Origin: Actinomycetes bacterium
GTDB lineage: Bacteria > Actinomycetota > Actinomycetes > Nanopelagicales > Nanopelagicaceae
Direction: 5' to 3'
Length of the DNA: 64,000 nucleotides
Assembly (NCBI GenBank): GCA_037142435.1
Contig: JBAXAO010000002.1
Location: 730 to 64,729, forward strand
Positions 38,600-48,780 of the stretch are shown piece after piece. The notes under the pieces are model-generated. The model saw only the letters and a list, made by a program, of their open reading frames with translations. It did no database searches and was not told the origin of the DNA. The position numbers were made by a program, and so were the translations under genes. Every line of letters starts with the position of its first letter. The stretch's first letter is position 1.

Positions 38600-39487
38600 T
38601 TGAGTAGTTCGACGTGGTTTATCACGCTGGGAGCCACTGGATTTGTGCTCTCACTTGATCTGATTTTTGCTTTCTACAATCGCAATAAGCAAACCACGCT
38701 TAAAGCAGCAGCGCTGTGGACTGCTTTCTACCTATCTCTTGCCATCAGTTTCGGTTATTCCCTGGGAATCTGGGCCACGCATCAAGCTCGCAGCGAATTT
38801 TTCGCAGGCTGGATTACCGAGTATTCACTTTCTTTTGACAATCTATTCGTCTTTATATTGATTCTTGCCAGATTGAAAGTTGCCAAAGAGAAAGAAGAGT
38901 TAGTTCTACTTATTGGCATCGCATTTTCATTGGTTCTCCGTGGTGTATTTATTGCGGGTGGAGCTGCCATCATCGATCGTTGGTCTGCCGTTTTCTTTCT
39001 CTTTGGCGGCTTCCTCATTTACACAGCTTTTCAACTTATTCGCGAGAGCGAACATGAAGAATGGAAAGAAGGCAAAATTCTCACCATGTTCCGCAAGCGC
39101 GGGGCATCCACTTTCATGCTGGCTCTTATCGCTATTTCTACAACAGATGTGCTCTTCGCCTTTGATTCAATTCCGGCCATCTTTGGCCTGACCAAGGATC
39201 CGTACATCGTTGTGACAGCAAATATTTTTGCCCTTATGGGGTTGCGTCAGCTGTACTTCCTCATCGGGGGATTAATGACAAAACTCATTTATCTCACCGA
39301 AGGCTTAGCAACCATTCTCGGTTTCATTGGTATCAAACTTATCTTTGAAGCAGCGGAACATCAGGGTTGGCACAAGATCGCTGGAATTGCGATTCCACAC
39401 GTTTCATTGCAGGTCAGCCTCGTTTTCATCATTAGCGTCTTGACGATCACTACCCTTTTAAGCCTTTATAAGAGTCGCAACGACTGA
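38600..39487 (+). CDS. TerC-family integral membrane protein
   Basis: EYSLSFDNLFVF and FAFDSIPAIFG motifs typical of TerC/Alx. TTG start with AGAGGAG upstream. Confidence 0.85.
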   Translation: MSSSTWFITLGATGFVLSLDLIFAFYNRNKQTTLKAAALWTAFYLSLAISFGYSLGIWATHQARSEFFAGWITEYSLSFDNLFVFILILARLKVAKEKEELVLLIGIAFSLVLRGVFIAGGAAIIDRWSAVFFLFGGFLIYTAFQLIRESEHEEWKEGKILTMFRKRGASTFMLALIAISTTDVLFAFDSIPAIFGLTKDPYIVVTANIFALMGLRQLYFLIGGLMTKLIYLTEGLATILGFIGIKLIFEAAEHQGWHKIAGIAIPHVSLQVSLVFIISVLTITTLLSLYKSRND

Positions 39488-39503
39488 TAGATATACTCGC
39501 CAC

Positions 39504-40655
39504 ATGCTGCATATCGATGGACTCCCGCTCTCCGAACTTCGCACCCACAAGAGTGAGAAATGGCGGATGGTCCCGGCTGATGTTCTACCGCTACCTGTTG
39601 CCGAAATGGATTTCGAAATCGCAGAGCCCATCAGAGATTTGCTTATCGATCGGTTGCAACATTCTGATGTCGGCTACTTAGGTGCCGTTCCAGAACTGGC
39701 CGCGAATTTAACGGTTTTTGCACAGGATCGCTGGGGTTGGGCGGTCGACCCAGAGCAAGTATTTATTGCTACTGATGTTGGCGTAGCAATGGTCGAAATG
39801 GCACGCACCGTTCTCCAACCGGGCGACAAGATCGTTGTTAATTCACCGGTGTATCACAATTTCTATAACTGGGGCAAAGAACTCAAGTGCGAAATATTAG
39901 ATGCTCCGCTTCAAGGAGCTGACCTGCATTTTAGGCTCGACTTTGAAGCCATTGAAAAGTTATATCAGCAGGGGGCGAAGATCCATTTCTTGTGCAACCC
40001 CCATAACCCCGTCGGCACGGTATTTACGCGCGAAGAACTCTCCACTTTGGCCGAACTCGCCAACATGTACGGAGTAGCAATCTTTAGCGATGAAGTTCAT
40101 GCACCGTTGGTGTATTCAGATTCCGAATTCATCCCATTCCTTTCCGTAAGTGAGACCGCTCGAAAAGTTGGAATTTGTGTGACTGCTGCCAGCAAGAGTT
40201 GGAATTTAGCCGGTCTCAAATGCGCCACCATAATTACCGCTCACGAGTTCTGGAAGGAGAAAGCGCTCTCTATGCCACCAGCAGTGCACTATCGAGCCTC
40301 GCTCTTCGGTGCTCTCGCCGCAGCCAAGGCATATGAATGTGTAGATTGGCTAGATGCCGTAATGCGCACATTGGAGCGAAATCGCCAATTTCTGAAGAAC
40401 GAACTCGCCACCAAATTGCCGCAGGTTGGCTATCGAATTCCTGATTTTGGATATTTGGCTTGGTTAGATTTCACCGAACTAGAACTCGGCCCTGATCCAA
40501 CGGCGGTTATTCTCGAACGTGGAAAAGTTTCGTTAAACCCGGGTCATTCTTTTAGCCCGCATTCCCACCAATTTTCGCGTCTTAATTTTGCAACTAGCTT
40601 GGAGATTCTCGGAGAAGCGATCGATCGAATCGTAGAAGTGGTTAAGACCAAGTGA
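39504..40655 (+). CDS. class I/II PLP aminotransferase-fold C-S lyase (MalY/PatB-like)
   Basis: KSEKWR, LPLPVAEMDF, NPHNPVG and SASKSWNLAGLK (PLP-Lys) are typical of PatB/MalY cystathionine beta-lyases. Confidence 0.75.
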   Translation: MLHIDGLPLSELRTHKSEKWRMVPADVLPLPVAEMDFEIAEPIRDLLIDRLQHSDVGYLGAVPELAANLTVFAQDRWGWAVDPEQVFIATDVGVAMVEMARTVLQPGDKIVVNSPVYHNFYNWGKELKCEILDAPLQGADLHFRLDFEAIEKLYQQGAKIHFLCNPHNPVGTVFTREELSTLAELANMYGVAIFSDEVHAPLVYSDSEFIPFLSVSETARKVGICVTAASKSWNLAGLKCATIITAHEFWKEKALSMPPAVHYRASLFGALAAAKAYECVDWLDAVMRTLERNRQFLKNELATKLPQVGYRIPDFGYLAWLDFTELELGPDPTAVILERGKVSLNPGHSFSPHSHQFSRLNFATSLEILGEAIDRIVEVVKTK

Positions 40656-42205
40656 GCACAGCCGAAAAGTTTGATGTCGTCATTGTTGGAGCCGGGCACA
40701 ATGGATTGGTTGCGGCTACATATCTGGCCAAGGCCGGTCTCTCAGTCGCTGTACTAGAAGCAACGGCTTCCGTCGGCGGTGCGACCGTTAGTCAACAAGT
40801 CTTTCCAGATTTTGATGCACGGCTATCGCGTTATTCATATTTGATCTCACTTCTACCCGACAAGATCATCACCGACTTAGATCTGGATTTTGCCGTTAAG
40901 TCCCGGTCGGTTGCCTCCTTTACCCCAATCTTCGAAAATCAGCGTCATTCGTCGCTTTTGATCACTACCGAGGCCTCTGAAAAGACCGAGTCAGACTTTG
41001 CAGATGTGACCGGCGGAGCGGATGAATTTAAGGCCTGGAATACTTTTTATGACGAGGTCAAACACTTCGCGGAAGTTGTTTCTTCTACTTTGCTCTCACC
41101 ACTTCCGACTCGAACCGAATTACGCAACCGAGTAAATCGTCCCATTTGGAATTCACTGGTCGAGGAACCTCTCGGACGGGTGATCGAGGAGCGCTTCCAA
41201 TCAGATCTCGTTCGAGGAATTGTTTTTACTGATGGATTAATTGGAACTTTTGCGGATTCCACTTCCTTCGCTGCCAATCGTTGCTTTATCTATCACCTCA
41301 TTGGTAACGGCGACGGCCAATGGCGAGTACCGGTTGGGGGCATGGGTAAACTCGTAAAGGAATTAGTTCGAGTTGCCATCGATAGCGGTGTTCGGATTAT
41401 TACTTCTCTTCCAGTAACCGATGTATCTCTCGCTGATGGCCTCTTCACGGTCACTACATCTACGGACCGATCCTTTGCCGCAAAATACGTACTATCAAAT
41501 TGCGCACCTCAGACTCTGGCCAAGATAGCTGGTACACCTGCACCTGAAAGTTTGGATGGTGCACAAGTGAAGGTCAACATGCTGCTGCATAAACTGCCAA
41601 GACTGAAGAGTGGCGCAGATCCCAAATTAGCGTTTGCAGGAACTTTTCATTTTGACGAGAAATATTCCCAATGTGAATTAGCGTATCGGCAGGCAGCGGC
41701 AGGTCAGATCCCAGATCGCATCCCGGCAGAGATGTACTGCCACACCCTGTCGGACAAGAGCATTCTTTCGCCCGAACTCAATGAAGCTGGCTACCAAACT
41801 TTGACGCTCTTTGCCCTGCATACTCCAGCCTCTCTCTTTGATTCCAATCATGATGAGGTAAAGCGCGCCATCGGCGAGAAGTTGCTGGCGCAACTAAACG
41901 AATATTTAGAAGATCCCATCGAAGAGTGTTTGGCAGTGGCCAAGGATGGCTCACTCTGCATTGAGATCAAGAGCCCGCTCGAGATTGAGAAAGAAATTGG
42001 CCTGCCTCGAGGGAATATCTTCCACAAAGACCTCTCCTTTCCTTTCCGCGAAGATGATCAGCCACTCTCGTGGGGCGTTGAAACCACTATCCCAAACCTC
42101 TTTTTATGTGGTGCTGGTGCCATTCGCGGTGGGGGAGTCAGCGGAATTCCAGGCCACAATGCCGCGGCCGCGGTCCTAGAAGCCGAAGGCATCTCCAGAG
42201 GTTAG
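40652..42205 (+). CDS. FAD-dependent oxidoreductase, phytoene-desaturase/amine-oxidase superfamily
   Basis: N-terminal dinucleotide fold FDVVIVGAGHNGLVAATYLAKAGLSVAVLE, 517 aa. GTGA overlap with the upstream gene. Confidence 0.75.
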   Translation: MSTAEKFDVVIVGAGHNGLVAATYLAKAGLSVAVLEATASVGGATVSQQVFPDFDARLSRYSYLISLLPDKIITDLDLDFAVKSRSVASFTPIFENQRHSSLLITTEASEKTESDFADVTGGADEFKAWNTFYDEVKHFAEVVSSTLLSPLPTRTELRNRVNRPIWNSLVEEPLGRVIEERFQSDLVRGIVFTDGLIGTFADSTSFAANRCFIYHLIGNGDGQWRVPVGGMGKLVKELVRVAIDSGVRIITSLPVTDVSLADGLFTVTTSTDRSFAAKYVLSNCAPQTLAKIAGTPAPESLDGAQVKVNMLLHKLPRLKSGADPKLAFAGTFHFDEKYSQCELAYRQAAAGQIPDRIPAEMYCHTLSDKSILSPELNEAGYQTLTLFALHTPASLFDSNHDEVKRAIGEKLLAQLNEYLEDPIEECLAVAKDGSLCIEIKSPLEIEKEIGLPRGNIFHKDLSFPFREDDQPLSWGVETTIPNLFLCGAGAIRGGGVSGIPGHNAAAAVLEAEGISRG

Positions 42206-42215
42206 GCTTGCCGTT

Positions 42216-43340
42216 ATGTCTGATTACCTTGATGGCCTAGCTCCCGATTCCAAAGTGGTCGCCGCTGGCAGACCTGCGTTAACCCCCGACGGAACTCTCA
42301 ATCCAGAGATCTATCTCAGCGCCACTCGCCATGCCGGCGGTGCGATTGGCTACGGTCGTTTTGGCAACGAAACCTGGAGCGCTCTTGAAAGCGCCATCGA
42401 ATCCCTCGAACATGGTCGAACTCTGTTATTTCCATCTGGCCAAGCAGCCATCGGCGCGATCTTTTCTATTTTGCCGATCGGTTCAGTTATCACTGCATCG
42501 CGCAACGGCTATACCGGCGTCATGAATGTTTTAGCAGGGCTGGAACGTAAAGGTGCCATCGAAGTTCGTTACGTCGATGTCTCTGACACCGAAGAAGTTT
42601 TGGCAGCGCTACCCGGGACCTCGTTTCTTTGGATCGAATCTCCCACTAACCCCGCACTTGAAGTTGCTGATCTCCCAACCTTGATTGCGGCAGCCAAGAA
42701 ACTAAATATTGGTGTCGGAATCGACAATACTTTTGCAACTCCGCTATTGCAGCAACCGCTTGATATGGGCGCAGATTTCGTCATGCATTCGGTCACCAAA
42801 TACATTGCAGGTCACTCCGATGTTCTCATGGGCAGCGTTTCGACCAAAGATGAAGAACTTTTTAATCGCATCTCCGATGTCCGCAAATTTGGTGGATCCA
42901 TTCCAGGTCCCTTTGAAGCATGGCTCGCCCTTCGTGGAATTCGTACCTTGTCGTTGCGCTTTGAGCGTTCCCAACAAAACGCCATGGAACTTGCACGGCG
43001 CCTGCAGAACCATCCTGCCGTCGATCGAGTTCGCTACCCCGGCCTTCCGACCGATCCGCACCATGCCCGTGCTGCCAGTTTCATGTCGGGATTTGGTGCC
43101 ATCATTTCCATCGAAGTTAAAGGTGGACCAGATGCCGCAGATAAAGCATGTGAATCTTCGCAGCTAGTCACATATGCCACCTCTCTTGGCGGAGTCGAAT
43201 CCCTGTGGGAGCGTCGCCATCGCTGGGGTTCTGAGAGCCCGACTATTCCCGTTAACTTAGTAAGAATTTCGGTTGGAATCGAGAACATTGAAGACCTGTG
43301 GAGCGATATCAACCAGGCGTTAAACGCCTCACAGGAGTAG
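42216..43340 (+). CDS. Cys/Met-metabolism PLP enzyme (cystathionine gamma-synthase/lyase family)
   Basis: [15 protein letters not shown]-Lys motif and ESPTNP segment. Confidence 0.85.
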   Translation: MSDYLDGLAPDSKVVAAGRPALTPDGTLNPEIYLSATRHAGGAIGYGRFGNETWSALESAIESLEHGRTLLFPSGQAAIGAIFSILPIGSVITASRNGYTGVMNVLAGLERKGAIEVRYVDVSDTEEVLAALPGTSFLWIESPTNPALEVADLPTLIAAAKKLNIGVGIDNTFATPLLQQPLDMGADFVMHSVTKYIAGHSDVLMGSVSTKDEELFNRISDVRKFGGSIPGPFEAWLALRGIRTLSLRFERSQQNAMELARRLQNHPAVDRVRYPGLPTDPHHARAASFMSGFGAIISIEVKGGPDAADKACESSQLVTYATSLGGVESLWERRHRWGSESPTIPVNLVRISVGIENIEDLWSDINQALNASQE

Positions 43341-43349
43341 ATTTATCTC

Positions 43350-43502
43350 ATGATAAAAGCGATCCGCAGATTATTCGGCCTCTTCGCCTTTTTCGCGCTA
43401 ATTTTCGGAGCCATAAAGTCGGTTTTCGATTGGATCGCGCGTAGCGAAGATGACAACCATGAAATCTTTACTGATGAGGAAGAACGCGAAGACGCCTTGT
43501 GA
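43350..43502 (+). CDS. unlisted 50-aa small membrane protein with acidic tail
   Basis: Hand translation gives MIKAIRRLFGLFAFFALIFGAIKSVFDWIARSEDDNHEIFTDEEEREDAL. It starts 10 nt after the upstream stop, and its TGA overlaps the next gene's GTG (GTGA). It falls below the ORF-track length cutoff. Confidence 0.5.
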   Translation: MIKAIRRLFGLFAFFALIFGAIKSVFDWIARSEDDNHEIFTDEEEREDAL

Positions 43503-43879
43503 AAGGCGACTATCAAGCTGGCGTCTGCAACATAGGTCCTAACGAGATCCTGCGCCGCAAGCGTGTGGGATACATGGGCTTGGCGCTTTCTATCTCCACC
43601 GTTTTAATGATGACCTTGGGCACTGTTTCTAGGCCTACGCGCTTTCTTGTTGTTGTTCCCGCCATGATCGCCGCCACCGGTTTTATCCAGGCTCGAAAGA
43701 AGTTCTGCCTAGGGTTTGGGCTAGCCGGCACATTCAATTTCGGAAAACTCGGCGAATTCTCCAAAGTTGAAACTGCTGAATTCCGCGCCGCTGATCGCGC
43801 GATGGTAATTCGGATTTTTCTTCAAGCAGCCGCGATCGCTCTTGCTGTCGGCGTTATTTTCGTTGCCTTACCTCTTTAA
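43499..43879 (+). CDS. hypothetical 3-TM membrane protein
   Basis: N-terminal CNIGPNEILRRKR followed by three hydrophobic helices. I do not recognise a family. Confidence 0.5.
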   Translation: MKGDYQAGVCNIGPNEILRRKRVGYMGLALSISTVLMMTLGTVSRPTRFLVVVPAMIAATGFIQARKKFCLGFGLAGTFNFGKLGEFSKVETAEFRAADRAMVIRIFLQAAAIALAVGVIFVALPL

Positions 43880-45142
43880 CCCCTTAAAAGTTTGAGAGAG
43901 AGCAAAGTAAAAAATCGTTCCAATCGCAATTCCCCAGATCAAGTCAATAAATAGAACGGCCAGTGAAGTTACGGCAATCGTGGCGATATTGAGTGGCGTA
44001 GTCTTGAGCAATTCTTTGAGGTTAGCGGGACTAGCGATTCGATAAGACGTTCCGATAAGAACCCCAGCAAGAGCCGCGGTTGGCACATGTGAAATAACAG
44101 GGTTGAGAATCAAAACCACCAAAATCAGGAAGAACGCATGAAATACCGCAGCCATGCGGGATTTGGCCCCTGATCGAACGTTGACGCTGGTACGAGCAAT
44201 GGCGCCTGTGGCTGGCATTCCTCCAAAAAGTGAAGCGACCATTGTGGCAAGACCTTGGCCGAAGAGTTCACGATTTGGTTGGTACTTCTCGCTAGCTTCA
44301 TGAATGTGTGCCATCTGATCGGCAACGCGCGCCGATAGCAAAGATTCGATAGCACCCAAGAGTGCAATTTCAATGCCCGCTATAAGCAAAACCGAAAAAG
44401 AGAGGTCGCGAAAATGCGGCGTTGCATAAGCAAATATTTTCGAAGGCAAATTCCCAACGCGGGAGACTTTCATCGAAAAGATTTGGCTCACGATCGTGGC
44501 GAAAACAATGGCAATGAAACTGGCGGGGATATGCACCTTGATGTGAAGTCGATGGGCAAGATGTGGGTAGGAGAATTTCACAACCAGCGTAAAGATGACG
44601 AGGGAGATTGCGCCCCAATGTAGACCTGCCGAAAGTGCATGACGTGCAGTATCCATAGCCACCAACAAAGTGTGTGAGCCTTTGGCTTTTTGAAAATCTA
44701 ATGCAATGGGTACTTGTTGCAAACCAATCACCATTGCAATACCTAAAGTAAAACCTTCCATGACTGGCCATGGAGTTTTATTGATGAGATTGCCGGCACG
44801 CAATAAACCTGCGGCAATAATGATGGCACCTGCCACAATTCCTAATGGAGCGAGTGCAGTGATTCCGTACTTGGCGACGATGGGAACAAGAACCACGGTC
44901 ATGGCACCAGTTGGGCCACTGACCTGAAAACGAGAGCCCCCGAATACGGCGGCAACTAACCCCGCGAGTATGGCCGTAATGAGACCGGCTTGAGCGCCGG
45001 CGCCTGTGGTGATGCCGAAGGCAAGAGCTAAAGGCAGGGCAACAATTCCAACAGTTATCCCGGAGATGAGATCACGGCGCCAGTTCTGCTTAAATCCTGA
45101 GTAATCCTGGGAAGAGGGAAGTAATCGCAAAAGGGCCGACAT
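43868..45142 (-). CDS. SulP-family anion transporter, no STAS domain
   Basis: N-terminus RRDLISGITVGIVALPLALAFG and many TM helices. The protein ends right after the last helix. ATG at 45142 (MSALLRLL) is preferred over the tracked 45352. Confidence 0.8.
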   Translation of the reverse strand: MSALLRLLPSSQDYSGFKQNWRRDLISGITVGIVALPLALAFGITTGAGAQAGLITAILAGLVAAVFGGSRFQVSGPTGAMTVVLVPIVAKYGITALAPLGIVAGAIIIAAGLLRAGNLINKTPWPVMEGFTLGIAMVIGLQQVPIALDFQKAKGSHTLLVAMDTARHALSAGLHWGAISLVIFTLVVKFSYPHLAHRLHIKVHIPASFIAIVFATIVSQIFSMKVSRVGNLPSKIFAYATPHFRDLSFSVLLIAGIEIALLGAIESLLSARVADQMAHIHEASEKYQPNRELFGQGLATMVASLFGGMPATGAIARTSVNVRSGAKSRMAAVFHAFFLILVVLILNPVISHVPTAALAGVLIGTSYRIASPANLKELLKTTPLNIATIAVTSLAVLFIDLIWGIAIGTIFYFALSQTFKGLKR

Positions 45143-45203
45143 GATGTTCGCACGGTACTCCTTGAACCTCACAACCCTCACTTCATTTATGTAGATTGAC
45201 CCT

Positions 45204-46487
45204 GTGAATCCAACACCGAAAACTTTGCACATCGTCTTGAACGGAGTCGTTGAGGATTCTCGAGTTCTCAAATGCGCTTGGTCGCTGGGAAATGCCGGTT
45301 GGGAAGTTCTGGTCTGTGGCTCTACCCCCCATACGTATGCCGATAGCCTCATGATCGGTTACGCCACAATTACCAGGTCGCCTATCAAGATTGTTGTGAA
45401 GCAACAGACCGCACTCCGTGTGGCCCGCAAACTTCGCTATTACAAGCGCCGTTTTGAAGAAGAATTCTTGCCCGAGAAAAAGCCCATGATTCCAAACCTC
45501 CGAAAAGGTGTTTCAGAAATCCTGCCTCAAGCCCTCGCTTTTAAGCCCGACATAATTCATGCGCACGATTACACCGCTCTTCCCATTGCTGGGGCCATCG
45601 TTGCCAAATTACGGGAGAAAGGGTTGAGAGTCGCCTTGGTCTATGACGCCCACGAATATGTTCCTGGCGTTTCTCATCTACGCAAACCACTAATGAATCT
45701 TTACTCCGATTCCGAACGAAGCTATGCCAAGGCTGCTGATGCAATTCTCTCGGTCAGTGAAGGAATGTCAGACTTATTAATGCCACATCTGCAAATTTCC
45801 CAACGCCCCGAGATTGTTGCTAACGACCCACTTGTTGAAGGCCAGCAGGAGTCGAAGCGAAATCTTCGTCAGGATTGCAAGATTGATCAAGATGTACCGC
45901 TGTTGGTGTACTCGGGTGCGGTGGCCCCGCAGCGCGGCATTGCCACTGCTCTAGAAGGTTTACGCAAACTTCCCGGAGTTCATCTGGCATTGATCGCAAA
46001 CCCCACCAATCAAACGGTTGTGAATTTGCAGAGTGAATACAGCGACCTTAGGGACCGCTTTCACGTACAGCCCTATGTGCCTAATTCCGAACTTGTCTCC
46101 TACCTCAGCACCGCTGATATTGGATTGATTCCTATCCACCATCGCCTTAACCACGAAATTTCGTTGATCACTAAATTCGGTGAATATATGCAGGCGATGC
46201 TCCCCATCATCGTCAGCGACGTCAAGACCATGGCAGCTGAAGTTCGCCGGTTAGGCAATGGCGAAGTTTTCGTGGCCGAGGATGTCGATGATTTTGTCCG
46301 CGCAACTGAGAACGTTCTCAATAATCCCAAGAAGTATCGATCGGTCTACACGCCAGAAATCTTGGCTGAGCGCAGCTGGGAACGCCAAGCCGAACACTTG
46401 TTAGCGGTCTACAACCGCATTGCAGATGCCGCACCAGTTGCACGCGAACATCGCCCCTTTAGCTTGAGCGAGCCAGCCCGAATTTAA
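45204..46487 (+). CDS. GT-B fold glycosyltransferase (GT4-like)
   Basis: C-terminal nucleotide-sugar region ...SLITKFGEYMQAMLPIIVSD (EX7E-like). GTG start. Confidence 0.7.
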   Translation: MNPTPKTLHIVLNGVVEDSRVLKCAWSLGNAGWEVLVCGSTPHTYADSLMIGYATITRSPIKIVVKQQTALRVARKLRYYKRRFEEEFLPEKKPMIPNLRKGVSEILPQALAFKPDIIHAHDYTALPIAGAIVAKLREKGLRVALVYDAHEYVPGVSHLRKPLMNLYSDSERSYAKAADAILSVSEGMSDLLMPHLQISQRPEIVANDPLVEGQQESKRNLRQDCKIDQDVPLLVYSGAVAPQRGIATALEGLRKLPGVHLALIANPTNQTVVNLQSEYSDLRDRFHVQPYVPNSELVSYLSTADIGLIPIHHRLNHEISLITKFGEYMQAMLPIIVSDVKTMAAEVRRLGNGEVFVAEDVDDFVRATENVLNNPKKYRSVYTPEILAERSWERQAEHLLAVYNRIADAAPVAREHRPFSLSEPARI

Positions 46488-46488
46488 T

Positions 46489-47781
46489 TTAGGCAGGTGC
46501 GCCGATGACGCGGAAGGCAACGCCTGCGAAGTTGGCTCTGTTTAATGACCGACGGCCATCAACAACTGCTGACACCCCTGGGAAATCTTTCTCGGTTAAA
46601 ACCTTGTACTCAGCATGATCGGCTTGCAGGATCATGCCATCGACTGCTGTTCCCAGTGCATACGGAATGAACCCCAATCGAGTGATTTCAGCATCTGAAT
46701 ACATGGGATCGTGAACCAAGACAGTGGCCCCTTGGGCTTTAAGTGCTTCAACTGTTGGGAAGACACCAGAAAACGCTGATTCTTTGACCCCGCCTCGATA
46801 AGAAATTCCAAGAACGGCAACGACCTTTCCGCTCACCGAACCCAAGAGTGAAGCCAAGATGGAAACTGCGTGTGCCGGCATTCCAGCATTTGCCTCACGT
46901 GCCGAGCGAACAACAGTGGCCGCAGGATCGTTCCACAAATAAAAGCGAGGATAAATGGGAATGCAATGTCCGCCAACGGCAATGCCGGGCTGGTGAATAT
47001 GGCTGTAGGGCTGGGAGTTAGATGCCGCGATTACTTTGGCGATATCAATATTTGCAGTCTCGGCGAAAATAGCGAATTGGTTAGCTAGGGCGATATTGAC
47101 GTCGCGATAAGTGGTCTCGGCTAGCTTTGCCATTTCGCTGGCTTCGCAGGTCAACAAGTCCCACACGCCATTTGCTTGCGCTAGATCTGGTCGGTCATCG
47201 AAATCCAAAACTGCTTTGTAGAAATCGAGGCCAGCAGCCGTGCTGGATTCATTGATGCCACCGACAAGCTTTGGATACTTACGCAGATCGGCAAAGACTC
47301 GACCAGTAAGAACGCGCTCGGGGGAGAAGACGAGATGAAAGTCCACACCCGCTTTAAGCCCAGAGCCTGCTTCAAGTGCAGGAGCAAAACGATTTCGGGT
47401 AGTGCCGACGGGAAGGGTGGTTTCGTAAGAAACTAGAGTGCCGGGCTTGAGTCCTGCCGCGATCTTTGCGGTGGCATCGTCCATCCAGCCAAAATCTGGT
47501 ACGCCATCGTTATCTACGAATAGCGGAACGACAACAACTACTGCGTCGGCTTCGGCTACAGCGGCGGTGGTGTCAGTAGTTGCGCGCAAATGTCCGCTAG
47601 GGACTACTTCGCGCAGGTAATCTGCAAGATGGGCCTCACCTGGAAATGGCTCGGTCGCGGCATTTACTAAATCAACAGTCTGTTGATTAACATCGCAACC
47701 AATGACGTGATGGCCCTTCTTGGCAAATTGAACTGCAAGGGGCAAGCCTATTTTTCCTAATGCGACGACGGCAATCTTCAT
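46489..47781 (-). CDS. UDP-N-acetyl-hexosamine 6-dehydrogenase (WbpA/WecC-like nucleotide-sugar dehydrogenase)
   Basis: MKIAVVALGKIGLPLAVQFA Rossmann N-terminus, with the catalytic Cys context GGHCIP. Confidence 0.8.
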   Translation of the reverse strand: MKIAVVALGKIGLPLAVQFAKKGHHVIGCDVNQQTVDLVNAATEPFPGEAHLADYLREVVPSGHLRATTDTTAAVAEADAVVVVVPLFVDNDGVPDFGWMDDATAKIAAGLKPGTLVSYETTLPVGTTRNRFAPALEAGSGLKAGVDFHLVFSPERVLTGRVFADLRKYPKLVGGINESSTAAGLDFYKAVLDFDDRPDLAQANGVWDLLTCEASEMAKLAETTYRDVNIALANQFAIFAETANIDIAKVIAASNSQPYSHIHQPGIAVGGHCIPIYPRFYLWNDPAATVVRSAREANAGMPAHAVSILASLLGSVSGKVVAVLGISYRGGVKESAFSGVFPTVEALKAQGATVLVHDPMYSDAEITRLGFIPYALGTAVDGMILQADHAEYKVLTEKDFPGVSAVVDGRRSLNRANFAGVAFRVIGAPA

Positions 47782-48779
47782 AGCGAAATAACTTCCTTAC
47801 GTTTAGCGCTTTCCAACATTGCCTCGGCAACGGCAACGGTGGCTAATCCTTGTTCCATGGTGACAATCTTTTCAGTGGCGCCAGGAAGACCTAAGACGGC
47901 ATCCCGGAAGGCTTCGTGTTCGGTACGAAGTGGCTCCGGTTTGGAAATCGCATAGCGAACAACATCGCCCTCGCTGACGCCACGGAATGCCGCAACCGAA
48001 TCCCATTCGGTCTCAACGGATGCGTTGGCATAAAAGGTGAGGTCGGCAGTCAAAGTATCGGCGACCAATGTGCCGCGCTCGCCGGTGACCATCGTGAGCC
48101 GCTCTTTAAATGGAGTCAGCCAGTTCACGAGGTGGTTAGTGATAATTCCGTTGCTGAGTTGTCCGACAGCGGCGACCATATCTTCATGAGCGCGACCAGA
48201 TTTATGTGCCGTTTGGGCTGACACAGAGATGAAGGAAGCTCGCGAAACCCAAGCGGTGAGATCGATATCGTGCGTTGCCAGATCTTTGACGACACCAACA
48301 TCGGCGATACGTGCAGGAAATGGACCTTGGCGGCGCGTGATGATCTGATAGACCTCGCCCAAATCTCCAGCATCTAACTTCTTGCGCAGAGTCTGCAATG
48401 CGGGGTTGTAGCGCTCGATGTGTCCAACAGCGCCGACGAGACCACGCGATGCAAAAGCCTCGGTGATGCGTTGAGCAGCCGGAGTATCAACAGCCAGCGG
48501 CTTCTCGATTAACGCGTGAATGCCTGCTTCGGCAAGTGCTAACGCAAGTTCTTCGTGGAAAGCGGTAGGAGCTGCAACCATCGCATAATCGACACCAACT
48601 TTAATAAGCTCTTGAACGCTGGCCAGAACTGGCCGGCCACCAGCAACACCGTGCGGATCTCCCATGGGATCTGAGACGGCTACGAGTTCGACACCATCAA
48701 GAGAGCCAAGAACACGAGCATGATGACGACCCATCATGCCCAGGCCAACGAGGCCGGCGCGAAGTTTTTTCTCAGCCAT
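47778..48779 (-). CDS. Gfo/Idh/MocA oxidoreductase (WbpB-like 3-dehydrogenase)
   Basis: MAEKKLRAGLVGLGMMGRHH Rossmann start and EKPLA motif. ATG 48779 lies 1 nt after the upstream stop and is preferred to the tracked 48803. Confidence 0.75.
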   Translation of the reverse strand: MAEKKLRAGLVGLGMMGRHHARVLGSLDGVELVAVSDPMGDPHGVAGGRPVLASVQELIKVGVDYAMVAAPTAFHEELALALAEAGIHALIEKPLAVDTPAAQRITEAFASRGLVGAVGHIERYNPALQTLRKKLDAGDLGEVYQIITRRQGPFPARIADVGVVKDLATHDIDLTAWVSRASFISVSAQTAHKSGRAHEDMVAAVGQLSNGIITNHLVNWLTPFKERLTMVTGERGTLVADTLTADLTFYANASVETEWDSVAAFRGVSEGDVVRYAISKPEPLRTEHEAFRDAVLGLPGATEKIVTMEQGLATVAVAEAMLESAKRKEVISL

Positions 48780-48780
48780 G

